Shown: piece after piece, positions 45,801 through 58,300 of the stretch | How the letters are laid out: each line of letters opens with the position of its first letter | Position numbering within the stretch: the stretch's first letter is position 1 | NCBI RefSeq assembly: GCF_001447785.1 | Contig: NW_015168102.1 | Coordinates: 1 to 64,000, forward strand | Origin: Gekko japonicus | Taxonomy: Eukaryota | Direction of reading: 5' to 3' | DNA length: 64,000 nt | Notes under the pieces: model-generated | Database searches by the model: none | Told to the model about the DNA's origin: nothing | What the model saw: only the letters and a program-made list of their open reading frames with translations | Position numbers and translations under genes: made by a program

Positions 45801-48299
45801 AGGAAGTAGTCTTGCTGGTGGTCACCACTGCATTTTAAAGAGTCTGTGATAAGCAGCTGAATGCTAGAGCTACACAGTTGTTTGCTGGACAAATGCCTTT
45901 CCTTAGCATGCTGTCTAATTGTGGGGTGAGGCTTTCAAAAAATAGGCCTGTTGCCCTTTTTAAGTATTCTGCTTGAATAGTGTTGTAATCTTCCCTCAGT
46001 AATTGCTGTTTGTAACTGATCTGTCCACAAGGAGGAATAATGTTTACACAAGTTTGAATGACTTCCTTTACCACCTGTGTAGTGCAGTGAAACAGATTGG
46101 GCTGCAAAATGGCTTTCTAAAATGGAAATGATGGCTGTGTAAGTTACCTGTGGACTATTAACATCTGGAAATTTGTTAAACTGAGTTTGAGGACTTTGAT
46201 GGTGCCTGTTTCCCACAATGTATTATGGTAGAATTTTATTCTGAGTTTAAATGCTTTCAGAATTAAGGTAACTGAAGGACGAGAGGTGCATTTCTCAAAA
46301 ATGGTTTGCTAAATGTCTTGCAGATTGCATGATGTTTTAGAAAAGGTATATTAGCAATTTGCTGTTCTTATAGTAATAACCTTCTATATGCATTTCAGCG
46401 TTTTGCTGCTGTGATTATGAGAATAAGAGAGCCACGTACCACTGCCCTTATATTCAGCTCTGGGAAAATGGTGTGTACAGGGGCTAAAAGGTATGCAAGG
46501 TGATTTAGTATCTCCGATTAATCTCACTGGTATTCAGAACTAGTTAAGAATAACCAGTTGTTTAGTACACTAAACACATGTGTATTATGCTGTATGTACT
46601 ATTTTCTGCATTGTTTTAATATGTCATGTCTAATACCGGTAGTTGCATTGTTTCAGAGTTCTCTAGTCCTATTACATTGTTTATTAGATGTCTCATCCTA
46701 TTGACTGTGTTGACGTACACTGTGTAATCTGCCTTGAGTCCCAGAGAGAAAGGCAGACTACAAATAATGTAAAATTTTAAATAATTAAATATTTTCCTTG
46801 GTAAAAATTACAGCGCTGCTTGCTTTTTTGTTTCCCAGTGAAGAGCAGTCAAGGTTGGCTGCCAGAAAGTATGCCAGAGTTGTGCAGAAGTTGGGCTTCC
46901 CAGCCAAATTCTTGGATTTTAAGATTCAGAATATGGTGGGCAGTTGTGATGTAAAATTCCCCATCAGGCTTGAGGGACTGGTACTCACACACCAACAATT
47001 TAGCAGGTAAATAGAGGATTACTGCTGTTTTTGATAAACACTACTTGGTGATACCCTCTGATCTGCTTACTGTTGTGTTGCCCATCTTATTCTTCCTTAG
47101 CATGCTGCAGTTGCTAGAATACCTTGCCAAGGTCAGACAGTATTTTGTGTTTACAATGTTCTCTAAGGAGGCTATACCACACCACAAACCTGCTCTAACA
47201 CTCAAACAAGTAGGACTCTCTTTTTGATTGGCTTAGTTGGAAAATTTGTCACGCCTAAAATAAATGTAAGCAGTTTCAGTGAAGTAATAAGCACACAATC
47301 AAATGACTAGCAGAATAGCTGGAGAAATAGAATCAGTCACTTACACTACCCCAACATAGGCAAAGCTTCTTAAAAAGAAGATATTGGATTTATACCCCAC
47401 CCTTCACTACCCAAAGAGCAGCTTACAATCTCCTTTCCCTTCCCCTCCCCACAACAGACACCCTGTGAGGTAGGTGGGGCTGAGACAGCGCTCTCAAATT
47501 GTTGTAGGGGTAGAAATAATTGGCTAGTGCTCAGAATGTGAAATAAGTATTTAGTTTGAACTCCGCTTAGTACTATTTACTCTTTGAGCTGAATACAAGA
47601 ACATATTTTCATATGTCAAACCACAGGATCTTCCTACAACTGCCACTTTTAAACTAAATTTTCCCCCATTTTGAGACAAAGAAAAAAGGTGTATTTCTAC
47701 TTTGAAACTCGCATCCTAAATACCTACAGCTTTAAATGTTTTATTTATTCAGTTTACTAAATAGTTTAATCATGAACGGTGTGTTTGTCTTTTCTTTCAG
47801 TTATGAGCCGGAGCTTTTCCCTGGTTTAATTTACAGAATGATCAAGCCAAGAATTGTCCTCCTTATATTTGTTTCTGGGAAAGTAGTTTTAACTGGTAAG
47901 CCTCATATTAAATCACTGCATTGAAAGTACATATGGAGCTAAACTGTAGTGCAAAGAATTCTTTAAATGTAACAGAACAAATCTCAATTTAGGTGTTGGC
48001 CTAGATATTTTGTTAAGTATTTGAGCCAGATTCTAGCCACTAACTTGTAATATAAATGTTAACTCTTCATGCATTTATTCAGTGTTAACGCTCTCCAATT
48101 ATTATTTGCCATACTTGTAGGAAAATAACGAACTGTTGAATGTCAGTAACCTCGTAATCCTACAACATTTTGTGTATGTTGTTGAAACACAGTTTTATAT
48201 CTAGCATGATTTCTTTCAGGTGCAAAAGTCAGAGCTGAAATTTATGAAGCATTTGAAAATATATATCCTATTTTAAAAGGATTCAGAAAGACCACGTAA
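39794..48299 (+). CDS. TBP: TATA-box binding protein. Spliced CDS join(39794..39847,40658..40983,45125..45212,46399..46490,46839..47006,47801..47895,48220..48299), 903 nt / 300 aa
   Basis: [41 protein letters not shown]...[98 protein letters not shown]...[57 protein letters not shown]; all junctions GT-AG. Confidence 0.98.
40658..40983 (+). CDS. TBP: TBP exon 3 (polyQ / PMT-repeat N-terminal domain)
   Basis: ttgcag|AGT GCA ATG...CAG CTT CA|gtaagt. Confidence 0.97.
41261..43589 (-). mobile_element. ~2.3-kb non-autonomous L1-related (HAL1-like) element, TBP intron 3
   Basis: CpG-rich 5' end starting GACTTCCGGGGTTGCGG; decayed K/E/Q-rich ORFs (42412-42669, 42082-42351); AT-rich 3' region with polyA; 16-bp TSD matching 14/16 (41242-41257, 43590-43605). 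Confidence 0.65.
45125..45212 (+). CDS. TBP: TBP exon 4 (88 nt)
   Basis: tttag|G AAT ATT GTA...CCT AAG|gtaaag. Confidence 0.97.
46399..46490 (+). CDS. TBP: TBP exon 5 (92 nt)
   Basis: tttcag|CGT TTT GCT...GCT AAA AG|gtatgc. Confidence 0.97.
46839..47006 (+). CDS. TBP: TBP exon 6 (168 nt)
   Basis: cccag|T GAA GAG CAG...TTT AGC AG|gtaaat. Confidence 0.97.
47801..47895 (+). CDS. TBP: TBP exon 7 (95 nt)
   Basis: tttcag|T TAT GAG CCG...TTA ACT G|gtaagc. Confidence 0.97.
48220..48299 (+). CDS. TBP: TBP exon 8 coding part
   Basis: tttcag|GT GCA AAA...ACC ACG TAA; candidate polyA signals AATAAA 48792-48797 and ATTAAA 48977-48982. Confidence 0.97.
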
Positions 48300-49531
48300 C
48301 AGTTCCCAGTGCTTACCGAAGAAGTTGGCACATTTTAAAAGGTATTGACTATGGCACAGCAGTAAAACGTGGAAGATTTACAGACTGCAACAGTCCAGAC
48401 TTGGAGTATTTTTCCCAGTTAGTGCCTATTCCCTGATCTTTATGGGAAGGGGAGCTCTCTTTGCGTATTATGTCTGTACTGAATTTCTGTGAGTTGCTTT
48501 ATTGGGGCTCTCTTTGGAGGAACCGTTGAGTTTTTATTTATATTTTAGTTTTTAAACCGTTTTAATGTCTAATCTTTTTATTTGGAAATCTCATGCTGGC
48601 AGGTTGATTCAAGAGAAAAATAACCATGTTATCCAATAATCAATACTTTGGTTACAGTATTAAGGTCTTTCAGCCATTGATTTTATGGTCAAATTTTAAT
48701 TCAACATTTCTAGACCTACTTTGTGCCACAGACACACATTCCCTATTTCCAGTGTTCAGCAAAAAAAAAGCAGGGCAGAAAAAAACTTGATAATAAAAAC
48801 AGATGACTGTATATATTCCTTTTAGGAAACCTTTTTGAGTTTTAAATGTATAGGAAATATTGTTTATAAACATGGGGATTTGATTGGCCTATGCTGCTGT
48901 TTAATGTACTAAATGCATGCTTGTAGAATGCTTAAATGTATTGCAATGTTTTTTATAAGATTTTTCTTAACGCAGTATTAAAACAATGTGTTTGCCATTT
49001 GTGGTTTTCTTAAAAGAAACCCCCTTTTTAGGTGCCTCTGATATACTGGTAGGTATTGGTCAGACCTGGTATTCAAATGTGGAGTGAACATTTTGCTTTT
49101 TTCCCTCCTGCCTCAATCCCTGGTGGTAGCCTTTGAAAGCTTCACAGTTCCATACAAATGATCACTTTCTGTCCTAGACAGGGGGAGGCGGGCTTGTTCC
49201 ACTACCATGGAGATTGAGGCCATGATTCTTGAATAGGTTCCTAGTCTAGGGTGGAATGCTTGAATCTAATTAGCTATGGTATAGTTACTGCTGCTTCAGG
49301 GCCCTTGATACTCTTTCCCCCTACCCACCCTTCCCAGTTATTCTTCTGAATCAATTTGACTGGCCTTCATATTTCATCCTGGGTTTTATATCCCATCCTT
49401 GCCTCCCTGGACTAGAGACCTAAAGCAGGTAAACAGCTCACGTCTGTTGGGCTAGGATGTAATCTACAAAATATTTCTGAAGGATCAGCTACCATGATAA
49501 TCACCTACACCGTGATGCTATAATAGAGCTT

Positions 49532-49878
49532 AAAAGGTAAAGGTAAAGGTTCCCTTGCTCGAAAGCCAGTCGAATCCGACTCTAGGGTTGCGGTGCTCAT
49601 CTCCGTTTCAAAGCCGAAGAGCCAGCGCTGTCCGAAGACGTTTCCGTGGTCATGTGGCCGGCATGACTAAACACCAAGGTGCACGGAACGCTGTTACCTT
49701 CCCACCGAAGTGGTACCTATTTATCTACTTGCAATTTCTTGCTTTCGAACTGCTAGGTTGGCAGGAGCTGGAACTAGAGACAGGAGCTCACCCTATCTTG
49801 CAGCACCCGGGTCTTGAACCGCTGAACTACTGACCTTCCACAGCCTGCAGTTCAGCGTCTTAACCACTTGAGCCACCA
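49532..49878 (-). mobile_element. Sauria SINE downstream of TBP
   Basis: Near-identical to the 1802-2153 copy in reverse. Confidence 0.92.
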
Positions 49879-50100
49879 CCTGTTTTCAATAAGAGGGTGG
49901 GAAATGTGGAAGTGTATGCTGCAGTGCTCTAAGGTATGTTATACTACAGCCTGATGTATAGATAAATGTGTTGTGGCCTGCTAGCAGAAGGTGGAGTTAT
50001 TTCTAAGGAAGAAAAATAGGCTGCTTGGACTGTACAAAGCAAATGGCTGTAGACTGCTCCATTAATCCTACCACCCTTCACTAATCCTGGCAAATATAAA

Positions 50101-51423
50101 ATTATCTATACCACGTTGTGGGAGTGAAGACAATGAGCGCTAGGCTGGCTGTTTGGGCATGGGCCACTTGGCCTCCGCCCTCTCCACGCCAGTGCCACCG
50201 GACCGAGGCTCTACCGGGCCAAGGCACCTGGGCAAGTCCTGCCCCGTGGAATGGGTGCAAGTTTGGCTGCCTGGCTGCCGGCCCCCGTGTCCGTCCTCTC
50301 CCACCCTGGCTTGTCAAAGGCACCCAGCCTGGCCCCCCCACGTGGTCAAGGCCCCGGCAGACCAAGCCACCCAGCCTCGTCCACCCCCGCCCCAGTGGGC
50401 CAAGGCCCCATGACCCAGCCCCCCTGCTTACCAGAGGGCGGGAGATCAGGAGAACTCACCTCCTCTTCCTTCGAGACCGCCACAGACCCCGATGGCGCAC
50501 CCTTCCTGGCTGGCTGGACCATGGTGGTGGCGCGAGGCCACTCTGATCGCCCTGGCCTGGCGCCCTCCCACTGCCTCTGAGGAAAAGGCACCCCGTCCCT
50601 CCTGCAAGGTCACTTCTCCGGACTGGAGCGCCCAAAGCATTTCCCAGCCCCTTCCTGGCTTGGCGGCCGGGCCAGGAGGGGGCCTCTGGGCAGCTTCTGG
50701 TTGTCCGCCTCAGCGGGAGGGCAGGAGAACCCAGGGGAAGGGCCTGAAAGGGCTCCCTGGGTCCCTCCTGGCTCGCTGGCCTCGCCAGCTGGGCCAGGAT
50801 GGGGCCGGGGGGCCTTTGAGCGGCTTCTCCTGCTCTGCCGCCCTGGGGGGGGGGGTGGCAGGAGAACTAACGTGGAGGGCTGCAAAGGGCTCGCTGGCTT
50901 GCTTGCCTCGGAGGAGGTGGGGGGGGTCTCTCGGCAGCTGCTCCCGCTCAAACGCCTCGGAGGGCTTTCCCCGCACATCGGCCTCGGCGGCCAGGCAGGG
51001 AAAGGTGGTGCAGAGGCCTCCGGAGGTCGTCTGCAGCCGCCCGTTGCGCAGGGAGGGTGAGCAAGATGGCCCTGATGGAAGGGGAGGGCTTCTCAACCAC
51101 CTCCCCTTCCAGTGGCCTGCTCGGGTTTCCTGCAGCCGCGGGGAGGGCGAGAGGCAGGTAGCTCCGAGTGGGAAGGGGAGGCGGCTCCAACTGCATTTCC
51201 CTCCACAGGCTTGCTCGGCTTCCCAGCTGCCGAAGCGCACACTGAGGGTGAGAGGCTGGGCTGCGGCTCTGTGGGCGGGACCGAGCCAACGCAGCAAGGG
51301 AAGCTAGCCAGTGGCCAGGGACCCACCTGTGAGTGACAGTAGAGGCGGCTGATTTTGGCGTGAATGGAATCTCGCCACCCCATAGGACAGAAGCCACCCC
51401 AAATCGGCTTTATAATATAAGGA
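50101..51423 (-). mobile_element. GC-rich Helitron-like non-autonomous element
   Basis: Minus-strand start A|TCCTTATATTATAAAGCC; decayed subterminal hairpin CGTTGT..ACAATG near 50114-50135; terminal CTRR not clean. Confidence 0.45.
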
Positions 51424-52209
51424 TAAGGTGGAAATTAAACCAGTGAAGTCTATTTTAATTGACATTGTGAGCATCTCCTGTCCCCTATTAGTAGTTAAGA
51501 ACAGACACACTGCATTCACAGAAACATGAACCACTTTCTTGAATATGGGTATACATGTAGTATTTTGCTGATGTGGGACCATAGAAATCCTCCAGCTCTT
51601 AAGACAGTATATTCCTGTTACTTTAACTATTGGGTTTCTAGACAAAATACATTTGTGGCAAAGGTTTAGTGACTGGTGTTATAGCTGACATGCTATTCTG
51701 GCTGCAGTTTAGGACTACAGCTGACCAAGCAGAATAGCAAAGTTTTACTACTGTAGTAGTAACTGAAATCAAACAACTCGATTCTGCTACTGCATTCCTA
51801 AGCCACTTGAATTAAAGCATTTTTTAGTTCCCAGATCTGCACAAGGTACAAGCTAGGTAAAAGTTCACAGTTGTAAAACCTGAAATAATTTTTATGCTGT
51901 ATCAGTTGTACGAAAAGCTAACTTCTAGCTATGCAGAAAACGGGTCAGGTACAATTTTTCCAAACCATGAATCTGCTGTAACTATGCTAATCTCACCTTG
52001 ACAGTATTTTATTGAAGCATGAAGGTCTGCTTTTACAGCCATTGGGCAATCTGCTACCCACCCTACAGTGGAAATGTATGTTTATTCTGCCCATTACATT
52101 CCCATTATAATGCAAATGTTCAAGAATAATACAGTTGTAGGCTTCTTCTGATAAGAGTTTTAATGTACTTCTTTTAAAAGGATCCAGTGGAAATGGAGTT
52201 TTGAAGAAA

Positions 52210-52368
52210 TTAAACAGAGCTTGATATGTCCTGTTTCCAAATGAACTCTTCTGTATACTGGTTGCCCAAATTACAGTTATCAGTGCATGTGTAGATAGCC
52301 AGAGTTCCCCAGTCAATGCTTTCTCCGAGGCTGTCAACTTTTAGATGGTTCAGCAGTTGTGGCATAAC
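52210..52368 (-). CDS. PDCD2: PDCD2 exon 6 coding part (159 nt)
   Basis: cctaag|GTT ATG CCA CAA...[28 protein letters not shown]...SSSV*; AATAAA (minus) at 52081-52086 and 52008-52013. Confidence 0.95.
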   Translation of the reverse strand, partial: VMPQLLNHLKVDSLGESIDWGTLAIYTCTDNCNLGNQYTEEFIWKQDISSSV

Positions 52369-55300
52369 CTTAGGAACACAAGGCGTAGTGTTATCAAAAT
52401 GAGTGAGGTATACAGAGCTGTCTACTGGATCAGTTTTAAACATTCACACACATTTCTTCTATGCACTCCAGAAAAATCTTTATTTCATGTTACATGTAGC
52501 TAATTCTGATCAGAAAGTTCAACAAGAAGTGCTCAAGTAAGATTTTATATATAATAAGTTAGTACAATTATAACAAAGTGCTTTGCTACAACTTCTTGTT
52601 AAACGTACAGCGTTTCGCATACTTCAGTGTTTTGAAAACAAGCAGTTTCCTGTGTTCTCATATTTTATGGAAACCTGATGGTCTACCAATATAGAACCGC
52701 CCATCTCTTCCCTCTCATTGAGAGATGAGGATGGTGCCTGTGAGAGGGCCAGAATTTTTAGTTGGAGCTTCACAGTTTTGGAATAAATTTAATAGCTTCA
52801 ATTCCTCTTTGTTTTAGAAACTTGGAAGACTGGGCTTTTAATGATTCCGGGTAATTTTTGGACAATGGAATATTGTTGATCAGGGGTTAGGTTTGTGGCA
52901 CTATTGTAGCAACCAGGGGTCCCCTCCAGAACCCAAGGCTGCTAAAACAAGGGACACAAAGCACAAAACTTAAACAAGAGGTATCTGCCACCAAGTCACT
53001 TTTTAGTTCCCAGTCCACCTGGAGTAAAGTAACTAGAAATCTCCAGGGTCCTCACAGGAACACAATTCCAAGAACCAAGCTTTGCAGCTTCCACTACAAG
53101 GCTTGACAAAGAAACACAATTGGTAGTAAGAGACCAAGTAGTCCAAGACACAGGATTAAGGCTTTGAAAACTCTTGAGGCTCAGTAACTCAGACAAGGTA
53201 AAAATATAATTTCTTTTATTTAAATAAAATTGTGCAAAGTTATAAAACACGAGACTTTAGGTAGTGAGGGAAACAAAACAAAATCTAAGCATATCCAGCA
53301 TAGCTAATTACTTCCAAGCAGCAGGCAAAAGGTTTTGCTCATTTCAGAGTCCAAGGTGCAAAAACAAAGTCCAAGGCACAGAACAAAGTCCACACAGCAT
53401 CTCCTCTTAGGATGGTAAAGTATTTCAAGGCATTATGGAGGGTTGCTTTGAGTATTGACCAGGCCTGGCCAAAATACCCAAAGAATCCACACTGGTTACC
53501 AAAGGCATAGGTTCTTATAGAAAAGGGGGGTCACGAGGGGCTCCGGCCAGGTAGCCACTCACAATCCCTTCAAAGTGATGTCACAAGTGCCAGTAACTAG
53601 GGTAACAAAGGATATCCCATAATACTTGTTGTTCAGTTCTGGGGAATCGAAAGTTATTTCTAGAAGATAACTCGACTCCCTCCTCCCATCACAGGTGCAA
53701 ACAGTTAGGAATGTTACTAATGAATTAATGGCCGCCAAGGCCACACTGCTAAGGGTTTGCAGCTGGTACTGCCATGGGAGTGAAGGTCATAATTCTCCCG
53801 TTATCAGAGCCATGCAGGTCTTAAAGGGAACTAAGAGGCACCAAGAGACTTGCAGGCGCCTCTGGGACCCCAAGATTTACAGCAGCATAGTTAGATAGCA
53901 CATTCCAGGCCTAACAAGAACCCAGAATCTTCTTTGCCTAAGAGTTTGGTCAAGCAAACTGCAAGCAGACAAAAATGGAGGCTATTTTGCATTACAACTA
54001 TGTTTTGGCTCATGAAACTGCAGATACTGGTTTTGAGTTGTGAAAGGGTCTTACTTCATTGTAAGCCAATCTGAGCTCTAACAGAGCAGAATAAAAACAT
54101 TTTAAAGTAATCCAGGGTGCTGCCTGCCATTCCCAAGTGTAACCCTATTTGACCCTTAGAAAAAATGTTACCGGCTTTTATCCTCTGAGGCAGGAAGAGT
54201 TGCATCCTTCCTCCTCTCTCTTGGATTAGTCAAGTCCCTACTGCCTCCTACTGACTGAGCCACTCTACCAATGTGTTTTCTTCTTTGCTGAGGAACTCTG
54301 GCTGTCCCACCCTTGTCACATTGTAATATTTTGACTGTCTGCTCAGACCAGGAACCTGAGGAAAGGATTGGGAGCCCTCTTTGACTTAAACAACTTAAAT
54401 GGCACTTGAGGACTTTTGAAATTCAAAAATAACAACATTTTTGATTTAACATAGAGGGGAAAAGTCAGGTGAAATCAGGGGTTGAAATTTCTGAGGTATA
54501 TCCAGTACATGCACAGACTTTAGTTCTTATATTTCAGACTAATGAGAGTTTCTTAAGCTTTTCGCAGTGACTTAAATCTTTATGTTGAGAGGCTTTTGTT
54601 CCAGTGTTTCCCCAAACACTATGGTAAACTTTCTTTGAGTATCCTCTGACTCTTTTGGTTTCCAGGAGGCTGGTACACTCTTTACAGTACCCAGCCCCTT
54701 CTCTTGAAACAGCAGTACTGGTCTTGAGTTTTTAAGTGACTCTTAAGGTCTCTAAAGGCAGTTTCTAACCACGCCAGATCAGTGATCTCTGCACTCTTCA
54801 GAGCTATCATCCTGTTTAGACTGGGTAGGGAAATTCCTTCTCACTCCAGAAGATCTATCCCCTTTCATTGGCCCGAATGGGAGTCTCTGCCTAACTACCC
54901 ACTGGTCCTTCCCAACTTTCCGAAGTTCTCCTGTCTGTGTTAAACTGCTCTCAGTCAGGGCTGAAATCAAACTGTTAGTACTCAACTCAGTCAAGGCAGA
55001 AATCTGACTGACTCTCCTCAGCATGCAGCTCTCAAGTCTCTGCTCAGCTGATGCTAACCAGATTGCTTGGAGCAGCCTGTCATTCAAGGTTCTCTGTTTC
55101 TGTGAAGAATTAATCCTTCACAGTTGTTTACTCTGTTTGTACAGCACTTCTAAGCTTTTAAAAAGTGCAGTCTGTCAAACCTCCCTTCTGAGACCCCTTA
55201 AAAATGACATGAGAAGAAGAGAAATTTGTCAGCTGTATGAAACAGGTCACCACAGGCAAAGAACAGAATGTTTATTTAAGAACACTGATTAGCTAGAAAC

Positions 55301-58300
55301 TATTTTCTTCTTCCTCTGTGCTTTTTAAAAAAACAAACCTGGACTGAGCACCTTGAACCCCATGAACTCACAGAGCAGGTCTCACAGTACTGGACTATCA
55401 AGTGGTAAGAGGTGGTAAATAGTTTGTCTTGCCATGACAAGAGGGCATGTGCACACAAGCCAAATGTACATACCTGGAATTCAAATACTCTTTTAGCGCC
55501 ACACACACAATTTGGGATGTTGGTCTCAAGAGGAATATTTTCCCCTGAAATCCAGATGGGACCTTCTCTATCTCTGCAATATCTGATAATCTGAAATCCA
55601 AGAGAAATCAGAAGTTGCCAATTATATTATACAGAAAGGACCTAAACAAAAGAAAGCAAGTTTCATTTTAGTGCCACTGAAATCAACGGTTTGTGTTATT
55701 TATAACTGCCATACGCAGACTGGGTAGTATGGAATATAAATAGTTTAAGTAAACACAATTTTCTCTGGGGCTGAGACATTTACTAGTGAAGATGCAGTAC
55801 AGAGAGCATTTTATGACTGGGTAAAACTCAAATACTGAGAGAATATATTTAAGTGAAGAATAATAAGAATGATTGATGAAATAGTTGTGAAATTCTAATG
55901 AGAAGACTTGCATGCAGAATGCTAAATTGGATTTTTATATATTTCCGTCCATTTTCTTTCCTCCCCTCTCTTCCCCTTCCCCCTTTCTTTGTATAAACTA
56001 ATAAAATTCTTTTTAAAAAATGCAGTACAGGTCAGCAGCTGGAACTGTGCTGTGTGTCCCCAGCATCAACCCCCACAAAAATCCTTGAGCCTTCTCCACA
56101 GCGATCGCATAGCTGCTTGTTTTGTCACCTGCAGAATAATCTCATCTAGATATATCAAGAACTCAAATTCTTCTACTCTGGCATGTTTTTTGTAGAAGGA
56201 AACAGTAATGTTGCAGACTTCAGTTATCCTTAGTTAATCTAACCTTCAATCCGTCATTAATCTTCACTATCAAGATATCATTTGGACTAAATTTCTGATC
56301 CCAGGTTCAATTCTAAATACTTTAGTGTCATGAAGGCACCAGCAATATCAAAAACAAGGTTTATACTACCAAGACATTAAACTTGGCCGAAACACTTCAA
56401 CAACAGCAACAAAAAATTTAATGCAGTTTTAAAACCTGTTCTGGTTCCAAAGATGTTCTTTCTTTAAACTTTTGAAAAATCTTGTCTTCTTCAGTTTCAT
56501 GCTTTGCCATTGCCTCTAACACGTTTTCGTCTAGGAATTCAACTGCTTCCTCTAAAAATGCACAAAAAAAAAGATATACAGCAGTTAACAACCAGTAATA
56601 ACATTCTAGATCCAGCATTTTAGTGGATGGACTTGTCCTATCTTCCCCTGCCCTCTTTCATCAATCCCCTGCAAGCATGCTTTCTGCTCCAAGCTCTCCT
56701 CCCACAGCCACCCAATAGAGGTCTTTGTTGAAGCAGAAAGCATACTTGGCAGGCTCTTGCTCTAACCTCCTCCCCAAACACCCCTTTCTACTGCAATTCA
56801 CTGCTTATCTCAGCAAAAAGCCGAGGAAAACGAGCATCCTGCTGACCACAGGAACCATTGAGTATTTCCGCACTGCCAAGGGGAGCTCAAGCTTTGGCAG
56901 TGCTGCTGGCCCCAGTGAGGGGGGTTCTGAGGGGAAAGGCAGGGTGGGAAGCAGAATTTCCTGTCCCACAAAAGTCCTCATGGGTCCCCCTTCTGTCCCA
57001 TTGTTGGGGTGGAGAGCATTCCGGCTGAGTTAATCCGCAGGTGTACTCTCACAAGCCCAAAGAACGGTTGCCAAAGTGTAGAGCAGTCTTCCCTTTGCAA
57101 GCATCCTCAGGGCAGTGAGTGTGTGCCTGTTTGGCCTGTCAAACAGGTGCACTGTCAGAGCCACAGAATGCCTGGAAACGGGTTGTTTTGGGCTTGCCCA
57201 AGAATAGCTGGGGCCTGTTCTCACCTTTCCAGCCAACTGTGGAACATTTTTGCAGGCTCCCACTTGTTTGTTATAATCCAATGCTGATACACATTTTCTT
57301 CACAATTATCCCCGTGCAACTATCATTTTTACAGTGGGTGGGGCCACAAACTTGGATACACGCAACATGACGGGATCCTGCTCAGCAGCTATGCAAATAC
57401 ACAAGCAAACTGGCAGCTCTTTGTTGGCCTGGGCTCTAAAAGGCTTGCACAGTAAATGACGACAAGAGAGAACAAATTATCATTAGGACTAACTAGATAT
57501 AAATAGCATACTAACTTTAGTACTCTTTGCACACAAGACCGTTAGCAGCATGTTATGTGTGTGTATCAGGTGCCATCAAGTCACGGCTCACGTATGGCGA
57601 CCCCAGCAAGAGGCTTACATGGCAACTGAGAGACAGAGGTGGTTTGCCACTACCTTCCCCTGCAAAGTCTTCCTTGGTGGGCTCCTCCCTTCCAGGTACC
57701 AACCAGTGTTCCCTCTAAGTTGAGTTAGAGTGAGCTAGCTCACAGTTTTTTAGCCTCCGGCTCACACATTTTTGTCTCAGCTCAAGAAGGATGGCTCCAG
57801 AGCAAACTAATTAATGCAGGCACCAAATGGCTTGCTCCCAACTTTAATGCCAGTAGCTCACCAATTTTTGCTCATGAGACTCCACAGCTTAGAGGGAACA
57901 TTGGTACCAACACTACTTCGCTTCCAAGATCGTACTGTCTTCCTTCCCCATTAGTAGCCTAGTTATATATTGATACTGATATATTGTTCGGAAAACAAGT
58001 GTATTAGGATTCCTGTTTTAATTTCAATAAATTAAAGAATGATGAACTCATATTTTAATTTGAGAACCAAAGGAGGCTTATGGAAACTTATTTCTACTTA
58101 CGTGTACTATCTGCACATGTCGGATCTTTATTTTTGTCTAGATCTTTCTGTTCTGTTTCACCAACGCTGGAGGGTTCCATTTCCTCAGGCTCTATTACAA
58201 TTTCATACTCAGGGAAAAGAAATTTATGATCTGGTATAGCAATATCCACCTGATCTATAAAACAGAAACAAAAATGGACAGGTTGTGGACAGTTTTACAT

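Noticed and set aside
50102-51397. Stack of ORFs up to 271 aa on both strands
   Set aside because: Expected from high GC content (few stop codons); no domain, splice structure or consistent frame
54130-55260. Second LTR-like stretch in PDCD2 intron 5
   Set aside because: Composition suggests a repeat, but I could not find matching TG...CA ends with a TSD
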